Under the pieces are notes generated by a model. The model saw only the letters and a program-made list of their open reading frames with translations, made no database searches and was not told where the DNA came from. DNA of 64,000 bases. Origin: Minisyncoccota bacterium (GTDB lineage: Bacteria; Patescibacteriota; Minisyncoccia; Minisyncoccales; JAQTVQ01). This document shows, one piece after another, positions 1 to 8,987 of the stretch. How positions within the stretch are numbered: position 1 is the stretch's first letter; the number at the start of each line of letters is the position of its first letter. The stretch spans positions 1,867 through 65,866 of the forward strand of contig JBBABZ010000004.1 of the NCBI GenBank assembly GCA_041657385.1, given 5' to 3'. Made by a program: the position numbers and the translations under genes.

Positions 1-417
1 GAAATTGTCTTGAAAAAAATTAGCAGATTTTATGCAGGAGAAAGGAGTTGAGCCGGAGCAACAAGCTTTGTAAATAGAGGGACTAAACGTGCCGCAGTTG
101 CAATCGCCAGCCCTTAAGCCTTTTTCGCCAGGGATGCATTTATCTCCAGTGGAACAAAGGTCTCCATAGATATTGAAACAGCAAGCGTTATCTTTATTGC
201 ACCATTCTATCCTTATATATTGTTTCCAGGGATTACCTTCATTACAAGCAATTCCGTTTCCGCAACCCCCTGAATCGGTATTGCTGGGACCGTTATTGCA
301 AATTCCGACAGAACAGGCAGCTTTGGCAATTTCCGGAAAAATTTTTCCGGAAAAAACAAAAATAATTGGCAAAACAAGAATAAATAATAATAGTGTTATT
401 TTGGCTGGAATTTTCAT
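1..417 (-). CDS. Cys-rich secreted protein, C-terminus truncated by the window edge and absent from the ORF track
   Basis: ATG at 417-415 opens a frame that reaches position 1 exactly (139 codons). The product starts MKIPAKITLLLFILVLPIIFVFSG (signal-like) and then carries about 16 Cys (CSVGICNNG..CGNGIACNEG..CCFNIYGDLCSTGDKC..). The tracked + ORF 173-424 is its antisense. Confidence 0.55.
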   Translation of the reverse strand, partial: MKIPAKITLLLFILVLPIIFVFSGKIFPEIAKAACSVGICNNGPSNTDSGGCGNGIACNEGNPWKQYIRIEWCNKDNACCFNIYGDLCSTGDKCIPGEKGLRAGDCNCGTFSPSIYKACCSGSTPFSCIKSANFFQDNF

Positions 418-487
418 TTTTTAGTTTCCGCTTATTAAATATTTTTTAAATTAAAAGCTATCCCCTTTTTGGAGATAGCTTTTTATA

Positions 488-1258
488 CTACTTGATATAG
501 CTGAAATATTCTCTTAATTTCTCAATATTAACGGTTGGGCGGGAACTCTCAACAAAGTTTTTATTAAAAGAATCGATAAAGAGATTACAATTATCCCGCG
601 CAAAACTTAAATCGTTTATCTTTCCTATCAGCTCGCCTTTGTTTACTTTTGTTCCTGCGCCAACGATATTCTCATCGGTTTTGTTTAAAGAGTCTTTATA
701 AATAATCATTTTTTTCGGTCCATTTGTCGAGATCTCTTTTTTTAATGATGGCTCAAGGTCTGCATTAGTAAAGGACATTTCTAGCGCATTGCTTAGGTTA
801 GCTATCGGAAGAGCCATTACAATAATCATCTTTACTTCTTTGCCGTTTTCGTCAATATACATTACATCTTCCGCTACTCCATCAAAGGGAGCATATATTT
901 TTGCTCCTTCCGGCAAGTTAAAATCAACGCTAGAAAGTTTTCCTTTGAGTTCGGCGGCCGTTGAATCATCAGTTGGATAGTAAAATGGCTTTCCTTTGCT
1001 GCAGTATTCTTCATCTAGTACAACGCAAGAGCTTAGTCCCGGAGCAGTAGCGGAAACTACAGAAGATTCCGTAGAAGAATTAGCAGAGGTTGAGGATGTT
1101 GTTTCTCCGTTTCCAGCGTCAACAGAGGTAGCGGTCTGCGATTCAACAGGATTTTGTACGGCATCTTGCTTTTGTCTTGCAAAGAAGATCCCGGCAACCG
1201 TCAAAACGGCAATGATAACGATACTTAAGGTTATTATCAGCGTAGTTTTTTTGTTCAT
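488..1258 (-). CDS. Membrane-anchored secreted protein, paralog of 1358-2050, with a possible degenerate LytM/M23-like barrel
   Basis: It has an N-terminal TM helix and a Ser/Thr-rich linker. It shares C..LDEEYC..G.P.Y and LPEGAKIYAPFDG motifs with the neighbouring gene. No HxxxD/HxH catalytic motif was seen. Confidence 0.6.
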   Translation of the reverse strand: MNKKTTLIITLSIVIIAVLTVAGIFFARQKQDAVQNPVESQTATSVDAGNGETTSSTSANSSTESSVVSATAPGLSSCVVLDEEYCSKGKPFYYPTDDSTAAELKGKLSSVDFNLPEGAKIYAPFDGVAEDVMYIDENGKEVKMIIVMALPIANLSNALEMSFTNADLEPSLKKEISTNGPKKMIIYKDSLNKTDENIVGAGTKVNKGELIGKINDLSFARDNCNLFIDSFNKNFVESSRPTVNIEKLREYFSYIK

Positions 1259-1357
1259 AAAAAAAGTATATTTAAAGTTTTAAAATAACGTCGGCTTTCG
1301 GTTGCTTTTAACATTTTTGTTGTTTTTTGTAAATACCTCTGGCCGATATTATTTTTT

Positions 1358-2050
1358 TTATTTTGTGATATCATTTTTAAGATAAGGAAAAAACTGTTCT
1401 AAATATTCAATTTTTTGGCTTAAAATATTTTTATTAAGATCTAAAGCCGTAAAATCAATAACAATATCATAATTTCCATCCGGAGTAGTGATCTTTGATT
1501 TTCCTAAAGTTTCGGCTACTATTTGTTGTTTCTGGACAGGGTCGCTGACTAGTCTGTTCGGATTCTCTGGAAAATATGGCTTATCAGACTTGATCGTTTT
1601 TATATCCCCGAAAACGGAAAAGAAGTTGCGTTGCTGGTCTTTGCCTTCTCCTGAATTGCATGTTTCCGATATTTCAAATCCGTAATATAATCCGCTGGAC
1701 ATTTTTTGAGTGACTATATCGTTATCGATCGTTCCATCAAAGGGAGAATATATTTTCGTTCCTTTCGGTAAATTGAATCCCAAGCCGATAAAATCTTTTT
1801 GTTCATTATAGATTGGAGTTCCTCCATTGCAGTATTTTTCGTCTAAAATTAGGCAAGGAACTTTTTGATATCCTGCTCCTCCTGCCACCACTTTTATTGG
1901 CGTTTTTTCTTCGCTTGTTGTTGCCGGTGCCGTTTCTGCTCCTTCTTTAACAGTCTTTAGTTGGTTTAACTTCCAATATCCAAAACCTATGGCAGAAAGG
2001 ACAATGACAGAGGCTAAAATAGCAATAGAGATTTTTTTAACGCTGGACAT
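1358..2050 (-). CDS. Membrane-anchored secreted protein, paralog of 488-1258
   Basis: It has an N-terminal TM helix and the motifs CLILDEKYCNGGTPIY and LPKGTKIYSPFDGT, which parallel the upstream paralog. Confidence 0.6.
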   Translation of the reverse strand: MSSVKKISIAILASVIVLSAIGFGYWKLNQLKTVKEGAETAPATTSEEKTPIKVVAGGAGYQKVPCLILDEKYCNGGTPIYNEQKDFIGLGFNLPKGTKIYSPFDGTIDNDIVTQKMSSGLYYGFEISETCNSGEGKDQQRNFFSVFGDIKTIKSDKPYFPENPNRLVSDPVQKQQIVAETLGKSKITTPDGNYDIVIDFTALDLNKNILSQKIEYLEQFFPYLKNDITK

Positions 2051-2096
2051 ATAGATCAGCTGAAATTAATTTCTCCTGGCGAGAAACTTAAATTAT

Positions 2097-2462
2097 TTAT
2101 ACTAAGTGTTTTTTTATCTGCGCTACTATTTCTTTGGGGTTGTGGTTGGATTTGATCAGATATTCCCTGGCTCCCAGGGCGAGGGTTTCTTTTTTTGTGT
2201 CCGGATCATCGAAATTGGAAAAGACTATCACTGGGATGGAAGAGATTTCAGGATCTTCCATTTTCTTTTTTAAAAATTCAATTCCATTCTCGTTAGGCAG
2301 GAGAATATCCAGCAAGACCAAAGCGGGTTTTTCTTTTTTCATAACCTCCATTCCTACTTTTCCATCTCTTGCCATGACAATATCAAAACCCTCTTTCTCA
2401 AATTTGTCTTTATACATTTCCGCCAGTATCTGTTCGTCTTCAATAACTAGTATTTTAGGCAT
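2097..2462 (-). CDS. Stand-alone response-regulator receiver (CheY-like), no output domain
   Basis: The 121-aa product starts MPKILVIEDE and contains ALVLLDILLP (phospho-acceptor Asp context) and a conserved K near the C-terminus. Confidence 0.9.
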   Translation of the reverse strand: MPKILVIEDEQILAEMYKDKFEKEGFDIVMARDGKVGMEVMKKEKPALVLLDILLPNENGIEFLKKKMEDPEISSIPVIVFSNFDDPDTKKETLALGAREYLIKSNHNPKEIVAQIKKHLV

Positions 2463-2533
2463 ATTTAGTTGAATCTTTTTATTTATTATAACCCGCCATT
2501 ATTTATTGTAAATATTATAATATCCCCAGTCCG

Positions 2534-3532
2534 TTATTTGCCGCCCAGTTCTTTTATCTTCTCCTTCAATTCCGCCATTCTCACTTCTCGGCCGATGGTC
2601 AATCTATAAAACTTTTCAAGCTCTTCTTTATTAAGGCTTAGCTCTTCGGTATTTTTATTCACTTTTTGCTCTAGCATTTCTTTCATCTTCTCTTCTTTGC
2701 GGGCGTATTGGACCAGTATATAGCCGATAAAGCTAAAGAATATAAAAATTAAAGCCATCAATATTTTTAGGCCGGTATTCGGCATAAAGAAAGGGACAAC
2801 CAGCAGTATGGTTCCCATTATCCCTACAAGTATTTCCGTTAAGACCACTTTTATGCCGAAAAGGCTGGAACGGGCGATGCCTAAAGTCGTAAATATTAAT
2901 AAAATGATCACTGTGACGCTATCAAGGCTTGCGAAAGCTGTTATTCCGAACAGAGGCAAAATGAAGCTGGTAATAGCGGTGAACGTGCTCCATATGCCTC
3001 CTCCCAATAATATATAGAGTATTTGTTTTCTAAGATTGCCTTCCGCCTTGAGATATGATGAAGCAAGAATATAGATTATGGTTCCTGCGGCAAATAAATA
3101 ATATGCCGACATAAAAGGCATTGCCGGCCCCATCACCCCTTTAAAACTTCCGCCGGCGGAGATGTTTTCAGCATTTTTTATCAATAGATCTCCGGCAATT
3201 GAAACGAAGAGCAATATCGCGGCTGGAGCCAGATAGATGAATACTTTTAGCTTGGTCAGCTTTTTGTTGCAAAGAGCAAGAGACCAGAAAACTCCAAAAG
3301 CCGGGACAAATGCGCCTATCCCATAGGCAAGCTTTACCCATATCGCTTCCGGCTCTATCGCGGACATGAAATTAGTGAAATTCCATACAGCCGTTATTAT
3401 TCCGAATGCTCCAAATATCCTGTTAAGCTGTTTTTTTGGATCTTTGGAAAAAACCAATAAGCCTAAGAATAAGCTGAATATCGTAGAAATTAAAATAAGT
3501 ATTGCAAAAATGTTTAAACTTAATGCAGGCAT
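2534..3532 (-). CDS. 7TM+2TM sensor-like membrane protein with conserved C-terminal helix, no kinase core (paralog 1)
   Basis: The N-terminus is polytopic and hydrophobic. The protein ends EELEKFYRLTIGREVRMAELKEKIKELGGK-stop. Confidence 0.8.
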   Translation of the reverse strand: MPALSLNIFAILILISTIFSLFLGLLVFSKDPKKQLNRIFGAFGIITAVWNFTNFMSAIEPEAIWVKLAYGIGAFVPAFGVFWSLALCNKKLTKLKVFIYLAPAAILLFVSIAGDLLIKNAENISAGGSFKGVMGPAMPFMSAYYLFAAGTIIYILASSYLKAEGNLRKQILYILLGGGIWSTFTAITSFILPLFGITAFASLDSVTVIILLIFTTLGIARSSLFGIKVVLTEILVGIMGTILLVVPFFMPNTGLKILMALIFIFFSFIGYILVQYARKEEKMKEMLEQKVNKNTEELSLNKEELEKFYRLTIGREVRMAELKEKIKELGGK

Positions 3533-3550
3533 AAAATCAAAAATATAATA

Positions 3551-4576
3551 TTATTTTTTTATTTTATTCTCCATCTCTTTTATTTTGTCTTTCAGCTCGG
3601 CCATCCTCACTTCCCTGCCGATGGTAAGTTTATACCATCTTTCCAGTTCGGCCGCTCTTTCCTCGGCTGTTTTTTTGCTCTGTTCAAGTTCTTTAGTGCG
3701 GTCTTGGACCAGTCCTTCCAGAAGATTTTTTGCATTTATTTCTTTATATGTATATTTTATCAATAAATAACCGATGACGAGGAACAACAGGAAAAATCCG
3801 AAAGCCAGTGCAGCTAAAGTGTCTGTCGGCATAAGAAAAGGAAAAATAAAGAGGGCTGTTCCCATAACAGCGACCAGCATTTCGCTGATGATGACTTTGA
3901 TATTAAGAAATCCGTATTTTAATATCGCGAAAGCGAAGATGGATATGAATATTACAGTATAGAATGGGGCGAAGTTGGTCAGCGAAAAGTTTTTGAAGAA
4001 GATCGGAAGCAATAAGTTGGTTATGATGCTCAATATTAAAAAGGCGGCCATCCCCGAGATCAGCAGCCGGAGGGTTTTTTTGATCTCCTGCTCCGCAGTT
4101 TTTGAATATTTATATATCATATTCGTTATGGCCGTTATCAAACAGCCGGCTAAAAAAGCAACGTAAAAATATTTTCCCTGGCCGAAGGTTATCTCGGAAA
4201 AATTTTCTTTCAATGTAATTTTTTCTATTAAGAACGGGGTTAGGGAGATAACGGCTGCTGCGCCGAATAAAAGAAAAGATATTGAGAAATATTTTTTTCC
4301 CGGGATGCTATTTTCCGGAAAAACTTTTGAGAATATTAAAAATGACCATGTTGCAATGGCGCATCCGATAAAAATCAGCTTATTCCATAAAATGGCGGAT
4401 CGGTAATCTTGCACGGAGTTGGAAAGATAATTGGAAACTATCCAAATGGTGATCCCTAAAGACATTAAAACGAAATATTTACTGGAGCGGCGTTTAAAAC
4501 CGTGGATCAAAACTATCCCTACGAGTTCCAAATTAAGCAGTGCGGCAGTTAGAACTATTAAAAATTGAAGATCCAT
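3551..4576 (-). CDS. 7TM+2TM sensor-like membrane protein with conserved C-terminal helix (paralog 2)
   Basis: It contains FAILKYGFLNIKVIISE and the PFLMPTD loop. It ends AELERWYKLTIGREVRMAELKDKIKEMENKIKK-stop. Confidence 0.8.
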   Translation of the reverse strand: MDLQFLIVLTAALLNLELVGIVLIHGFKRRSSKYFVLMSLGITIWIVSNYLSNSVQDYRSAILWNKLIFIGCAIATWSFLIFSKVFPENSIPGKKYFSISFLLFGAAAVISLTPFLIEKITLKENFSEITFGQGKYFYVAFLAGCLITAITNMIYKYSKTAEQEIKKTLRLLISGMAAFLILSIITNLLLPIFFKNFSLTNFAPFYTVIFISIFAFAILKYGFLNIKVIISEMLVAVMGTALFIFPFLMPTDTLAALAFGFFLLFLVIGYLLIKYTYKEINAKNLLEGLVQDRTKELEQSKKTAEERAAELERWYKLTIGREVRMAELKDKIKEMENKIKK

Positions 4577-4594
4577 TTTTTTGTTTATTGCTTG

Positions 4595-4640
4595 TTATTT
4601 TCCATCTTTTTTATTTTTTAACTTCGTCATCTTCGCTTCC
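4595..4640 (-). pseudogene. Decayed 3'-end fragment of a sensor-family paralog
   Basis: The minus strand reads GAAGCGAAGATGACGAAGTTAAAAAATAAAAAAGATGGAAAATAA (EAKMTKLKNKKDGK-stop). It aligns by eye at about 80% nucleotide identity to the EVRMAELKDKIKEMENK-stop ends of the intact paralogs. It starts 8 nt after the lysK stop. Confidence 0.45.
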
Positions 4641-4647
4641 TTATAGA

Positions 4648-6279
4648 TTAAATATCCAGAAGTTTTAATACCTTTTTTCTGTCTGCCGCCCAAAGGAATG
4701 TTGATAAGCGGGGTCCCTGGTCTTTGCCGATCAAAAGGTTATAAACATCTTTAAAGAAAGATTTTTGCAAGGGCATATTGGCTTTGATATCAAGATCAGG
4801 ATTTTTAGGGATGCCGTAGACTATTTCTTCCAATTTTTCAATAGAAGAAGCATCTTGTTCAAGGTGTTTTTTTAATGCCTTGATATGTTCAACAGCTTCC
4901 GGCGCCATTTTTTCTAAATATTCCTTGTTGGCTTCTTCTCTTAAACTGATCATCTGGTCTAGATTGTATATTTCCAGCCAGTTGCGGGCTTTAACCAGCC
5001 TTGATTTTATTGAAAGCGGATCGTAATCGGTTTTTAGCTCGTTAAACAGGCTCGCTAATTTTTCCAGATCCCATTGTATTATTTGTCCTAAAGCAACCGC
5101 TTGCCGGAATGGTATTGGATTAATATATATATCGTTGTTTTCGTTTAGCGTCAGGTCAAGCGTTTGCTTGCGAACAGCATCAAGTTCTCCTTTTTTGTAA
5201 CTTTCGAATTCAGCGTCCAGCTCGCTGTATTGGCGATAGATCTCGCTGTCAAAAGCCAAATTGAAAACGCTGCCAGGGCTCTTGCTCAAATAAAGCCATT
5301 TCAACAATGACGGTTCGTAAATTTCCAAAAGCTGGCCGGGAGTTACCGCGTTGCCTTTTGAGCCGGACATTTTGCCATCCAGCCCCCTTAAGCCGACGAA
5401 TTGATAACCGGCAAAGACCGGCGGTTCGATATTGAATATTTTTTTGGCAATAACGCTTGAAACATCGTAGCTTCCGCCCGGCGAAGCGTGGTCAGCCCCG
5501 CCCGGCTCGAAAACAACGCTCTCTTCTCCCCAGCGCATCGGCCAATCGGTTTTCCAAGCCAGCTTGACGATATGGTCTTTGGTTATGTCTATTTCTTCGG
5601 TTTTTCCGCTTTCCAAACATTGGTAAGTTATTTTATTCTCTCCATCGTAATTTAATATTTTCACGCTGTCTTTTCCCGTCCAGCGCGAATATAAAGATAT
5701 CGGATAATATTCGTTTCTGAACTTTTCCTCATTTATCCCCTTTTCTTCTTTGGCTTTTCCGGACATAAATGACAGTAAGATTTCCGCAATTTCTTTGCGT
5801 TTTTGGAGGGCATGGATGATCAATTTATCGTAACGGCCGGATTTGTATTCATCGGTTTGATAGCGGTATTCCAGTTCGATACCAAGATCTTTCATGGACT
5901 GCTCGAACTTTTTTTGGAAGTATTCGGCGTATGACCCGCCCTTCCCTTCCGGTTCAGGCACCGCGGTCAGCGGCAAGCCTATATATTTAGAAAAAGAAGC
6001 ATTGATATCCAGCGGAACCTTTCTGAACCGGTCAAAATTATCCCAGGAAAAAATCAGCCGGACTTTTTTGCCCGCGGCCTGTAATTGCTTGGCAACGGCA
6101 AGAGATGTCATTACATCGCGGAAGTTGCCGAAATGGACAATGCCCGACGGGCTGATACCCGCGGCGCAGGTGTAAATTTTCTTATCGGGGAAAGCTTTTA
6201 ATACTTTATCGGCAAGGACTTGGCTCCAATGCTGGTTGGTTGATTCGTTTTGCATAGATTTTTTTACCATTAAAATCAT
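4648..6279 (-). CDS. lysK: Lysyl-tRNA synthetase, class I (archaeal type)
   Basis: It has the PSGIVHFGNFRD (HIGH-like) and KMSGSKGN (KMSKS) motifs, a length of 543 aa, and an ATGA start/stop overlap with the upstream gene at 6276-6279. Confidence 0.9.
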   Translation of the reverse strand: MILMVKKSMQNESTNQHWSQVLADKVLKAFPDKKIYTCAAGISPSGIVHFGNFRDVMTSLAVAKQLQAAGKKVRLIFSWDNFDRFRKVPLDINASFSKYIGLPLTAVPEPEGKGGSYAEYFQKKFEQSMKDLGIELEYRYQTDEYKSGRYDKLIIHALQKRKEIAEILLSFMSGKAKEEKGINEEKFRNEYYPISLYSRWTGKDSVKILNYDGENKITYQCLESGKTEEIDITKDHIVKLAWKTDWPMRWGEESVVFEPGGADHASPGGSYDVSSVIAKKIFNIEPPVFAGYQFVGLRGLDGKMSGSKGNAVTPGQLLEIYEPSLLKWLYLSKSPGSVFNLAFDSEIYRQYSELDAEFESYKKGELDAVRKQTLDLTLNENNDIYINPIPFRQAVALGQIIQWDLEKLASLFNELKTDYDPLSIKSRLVKARNWLEIYNLDQMISLREEANKEYLEKMAPEAVEHIKALKKHLEQDASSIEKLEEIVYGIPKNPDLDIKANMPLQKSFFKDVYNLLIGKDQGPRLSTFLWAADRKKVLKLLDI

Positions 6280-7322
6280 TTATTCTCTAACTCTTTTATT
6301 TTATCTTTGAGCTCGGCCATCCTCACTTCCCGGCCAATGGTCAGCTTATACCATCTTTCCAGCTCGGCGGCTCTTTCTTCGGCAACCTTTTTCGCTTCTT
6401 CAGCCACTTTTTCAGATTTTTCAAGCTCTCCGGTCCTTTCTTTGACCTTCTGCTCCAATGTTTCGCTGTTTTTTATTTCTTTCAAGCTAGCTTTTATTAA
6501 CAAATAACCGATCAAACAAAAGACTATAAAAACAGTGATTGCCAATATGCGGAGAATATTTGTCGACATCAAAAACGGAAGAAACAACAGCACGAAACCC
6601 ATGGCGCCTACCAATATTTCGGTCATGATTATTTTAATATCGAAAAGGCGGTAGCGGAGTATGGCGACGGCGGAAAAAACAATGAAAAAGCTGAAACAGA
6701 GCGGTCCATATTGAGGCACTTCGTAAGATCCCAGCTTGAACATAGGGTACATCAAATTGGTAAATACGGTTAAGATAAAAGACAAAAATATCCCGACCAA
6801 GAAGTAGGAAGCTTGCCGTTTTTTTATCGTTTCTTTTAACTCTTTGTATTTTAAAACGGAAAAGGTAATGGATGTGAGCAGGCCGAACAAAAGAACAATA
6901 GCAAAAACCGGGTACAAAGGACCATATGTTTTATTTATCATTACTCCGTTAGAATAGGAGACTTTATCTGCTACTAAATCTGTCAATACAGACATCAGCC
7001 CTATTATAACCATTGAGCTGATGAAAAAGATATTTATCCATTTGGGGAGGTATTTTTCTTCAGGGAATATCTGGACGAAATACATAAAATCAGCGGCCAA
7101 AAAACAAATCCCGAAAAATGACAATCCGAAGCCAAGGTTCCCTATATATGTGGAGATAGGTCTTGCGGTCATTAATACCCCCGTCATCCAAATAGCCGCA
7201 AACAAGCAGAAGAACAAGAAAGTCAAAGAAGTCCTGCTTTTTTTATTGCTAAAGTAAACAAAAATCCCTATAAACAAAGTGAGAACAATAAATACTAAAA
7301 TGAGAGGCGTTAGAATATCCAT
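6276..7322 (-). CDS. 7TM+2TM sensor-like membrane protein with conserved C-terminal helix (paralog 3, longest linker)
   Basis: It contains VAILRYRLFDIKIIMTE and the PFLMSTN loop. It ends AELERWYKLTIGREVRMAELKDKIKELENK-stop. Confidence 0.8.
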   Translation of the reverse strand: MDILTPLILVFIVLTLFIGIFVYFSNKKSRTSLTFLFFCLFAAIWMTGVLMTARPISTYIGNLGFGLSFFGICFLAADFMYFVQIFPEEKYLPKWINIFFISSMVIIGLMSVLTDLVADKVSYSNGVMINKTYGPLYPVFAIVLLFGLLTSITFSVLKYKELKETIKKRQASYFLVGIFLSFILTVFTNLMYPMFKLGSYEVPQYGPLCFSFFIVFSAVAILRYRLFDIKIIMTEILVGAMGFVLLFLPFLMSTNILRILAITVFIVFCLIGYLLIKASLKEIKNSETLEQKVKERTGELEKSEKVAEEAKKVAEERAAELERWYKLTIGREVRMAELKDKIKELENK

Positions 7323-7332
7323 AGTTATTTTA

Positions 7333-8901
7333 TTAGCCGTTACTTAATTTTGTTTTATTTTCCATTTCTTTTATCTTTTCTTTTAACTCGGCCATTCGCA
7401 CTTCCCTGCCAATGGTCAGCTTATACCATTTTTCCAGCTCTTCTTTTCCTTTTTGAATTTCTTGGTAGGAAAGAGCGTTGCTGAAAGCGACGGCTAGCTG
7501 TGTTGTCAGGGAAGACAGCAAGTTTATTTCCTGCGACGTATACGGTTCATCTGTCAGTTTGTCGCCCAAGGCAATGATCCCGATCAATTCTTTTTTAATA
7601 AAGAAAGGCAGAAACATTGATATTTTTGCATTATCCATATCGGATTTCAGATTAGACAGCTCGCTGATTTTTTCAGATTTTTTCTCTGCGATAATATAAG
7701 GAATTTCTTCGCTGATCAGGAGTTTTTTGGTTGATTGGAGATAATCAGCAAGGAAGTTGTTTTGCTTTCCGATCAATAAAACCAAATTTTCTTTATCGAA
7801 TCCTTCGGACGTTTCTATTTTGAAAAGATCAGAATAAGCATCGACAGCTCTTTGCTTTAAGATAACAGCAGACTTGTCCAGCTGAAGAGAATCTACAAGA
7901 GATTTGTTCACAAAATCAGCCAATTGGTTTAACTCGATTATGTGCGGCAGTTCTTTGATCAAATTCGAAAGGGATTTTTGAAGCGAATAAAAAGTATAGT
8001 AGAAATATCGGCCGGCCATTTTTTCATAAAATCGGAAAGCCGGGAGAAAAATAAATACGGTTGCCAGCGAGTTTACGATCGTTAAAAAAATTGCGGGAAG
8101 TTTAAAGAAAGCGTTATTCAAAAATTCAAGCGTTAAAACCAGGACGATCAAAGTAAGGCTGGTCAAGGTGTATATACCGATCCGCCCCAGAATTATTCTG
8201 GTATCCATGATCTTATATCTCAAAATGGCGTAAGCCGTCAGCCCTACCCAGACAAAAGAAAAAAGAGAGCTGATTTCTATGCCGAAATCAGTATTGATCC
8301 CATAATTTTCAAAATATTTCGACATTAAAGGCATGATCCCTCCGGCAATGAGCGAGGCGGTTGAATATATGCCCACGCCCAAGATAAAATATCTGGATTG
8401 AATTTTTTTCAAGCCGCTGCTTTTAAAATAATACCTTATAAGATTTATCAGCCCTATTGCCGCGCCGAAAATAACATATAATCTTCCTAGCGGTTCAAGA
8501 GGGCCATAGTCTCCCATGCCCACAGTGTTTTTTATATAAGCCGTACAGACAAATAAGGATGTTGTCAGCGCTAAGGCTACAAGCACAATACCGCTCGAGA
8601 TCAGAAGGAAAGATTTTATTTTTATATGTTCCAGCTGTTCCGTGAAGTGGTAAGTAAAGACAACAAAAAAAGGCAAGATAAGCAAGGATGTCCAAGTCAT
8701 TCTCATTAGAAACAAACTGGGATAGTTTGCAAAAATATACCAAAGACCGAAACTACCGGCATACAAGCATGAAATCAAGGCAATCCAGCCGCAATAGAAA
8801 GTAGCTGCTGTTTTCCCTCTAAACCATAGCAGAAAAGCCAACAAAAAATTGAGAAAAGCAGCCAAGAGAAATATGGATGATTTGACCAGGTAAATATCCA
8901 T
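7333..8901 (-). CDS. Sensor-family membrane protein with inserted GAF-like domain and the conserved C-terminal helix (paralog 4)
   Basis: The polytopic N-terminus contains AILRYKIMD. A roughly 190-aa cytoplasmic segment ends in the GAF-like signature FLPFFIKKELIGIIALGDK..TSQEINLLSSLTTQLAVAFSNALSYQE. The protein then ends EELEKWYKLTIGREVRMAELKEKIKEMENK. Confidence 0.75.
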   Translation of the reverse strand: MDIYLVKSSIFLLAAFLNFLLAFLLWFRGKTAATFYCGWIALISCLYAGSFGLWYIFANYPSLFLMRMTWTSLLILPFFVVFTYHFTEQLEHIKIKSFLLISSGIVLVALALTTSLFVCTAYIKNTVGMGDYGPLEPLGRLYVIFGAAIGLINLIRYYFKSSGLKKIQSRYFILGVGIYSTASLIAGGIMPLMSKYFENYGINTDFGIEISSLFSFVWVGLTAYAILRYKIMDTRIILGRIGIYTLTSLTLIVLVLTLEFLNNAFFKLPAIFLTIVNSLATVFIFLPAFRFYEKMAGRYFYYTFYSLQKSLSNLIKELPHIIELNQLADFVNKSLVDSLQLDKSAVILKQRAVDAYSDLFKIETSEGFDKENLVLLIGKQNNFLADYLQSTKKLLISEEIPYIIAEKKSEKISELSNLKSDMDNAKISMFLPFFIKKELIGIIALGDKLTDEPYTSQEINLLSSLTTQLAVAFSNALSYQEIQKGKEELEKWYKLTIGREVRMAELKEKIKEMENKTKLSNG

Positions 8902-8927
8902 TTTTTATCAAACCGTAAAAATTGAAA

Positions 8928-8987
8928 TTATTTTTTGCTTTTTATTTTCAACCCTTTTATTTTATCCTTTAGCTCGGCTATGCGCAA
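8928..8987 (-). pseudogene. Decayed 3'-end fragment of a sensor-family paralog, directly abutting the stop of paralog 5
   Basis: The minus strand reads LRIAELKDKIKGLKIKSKK-stop immediately after the ..RMAELKEKIKEMENKNRV-stop of gene 8988-10019. Confidence 0.5.

Noticed and set aside
8495-8743. An 82-aa minus-strand ORF nested inside paralog 4 in another frame
   Set aside because: It lies entirely within a longer ORF that has clear family similarity, and it has no independent signals.
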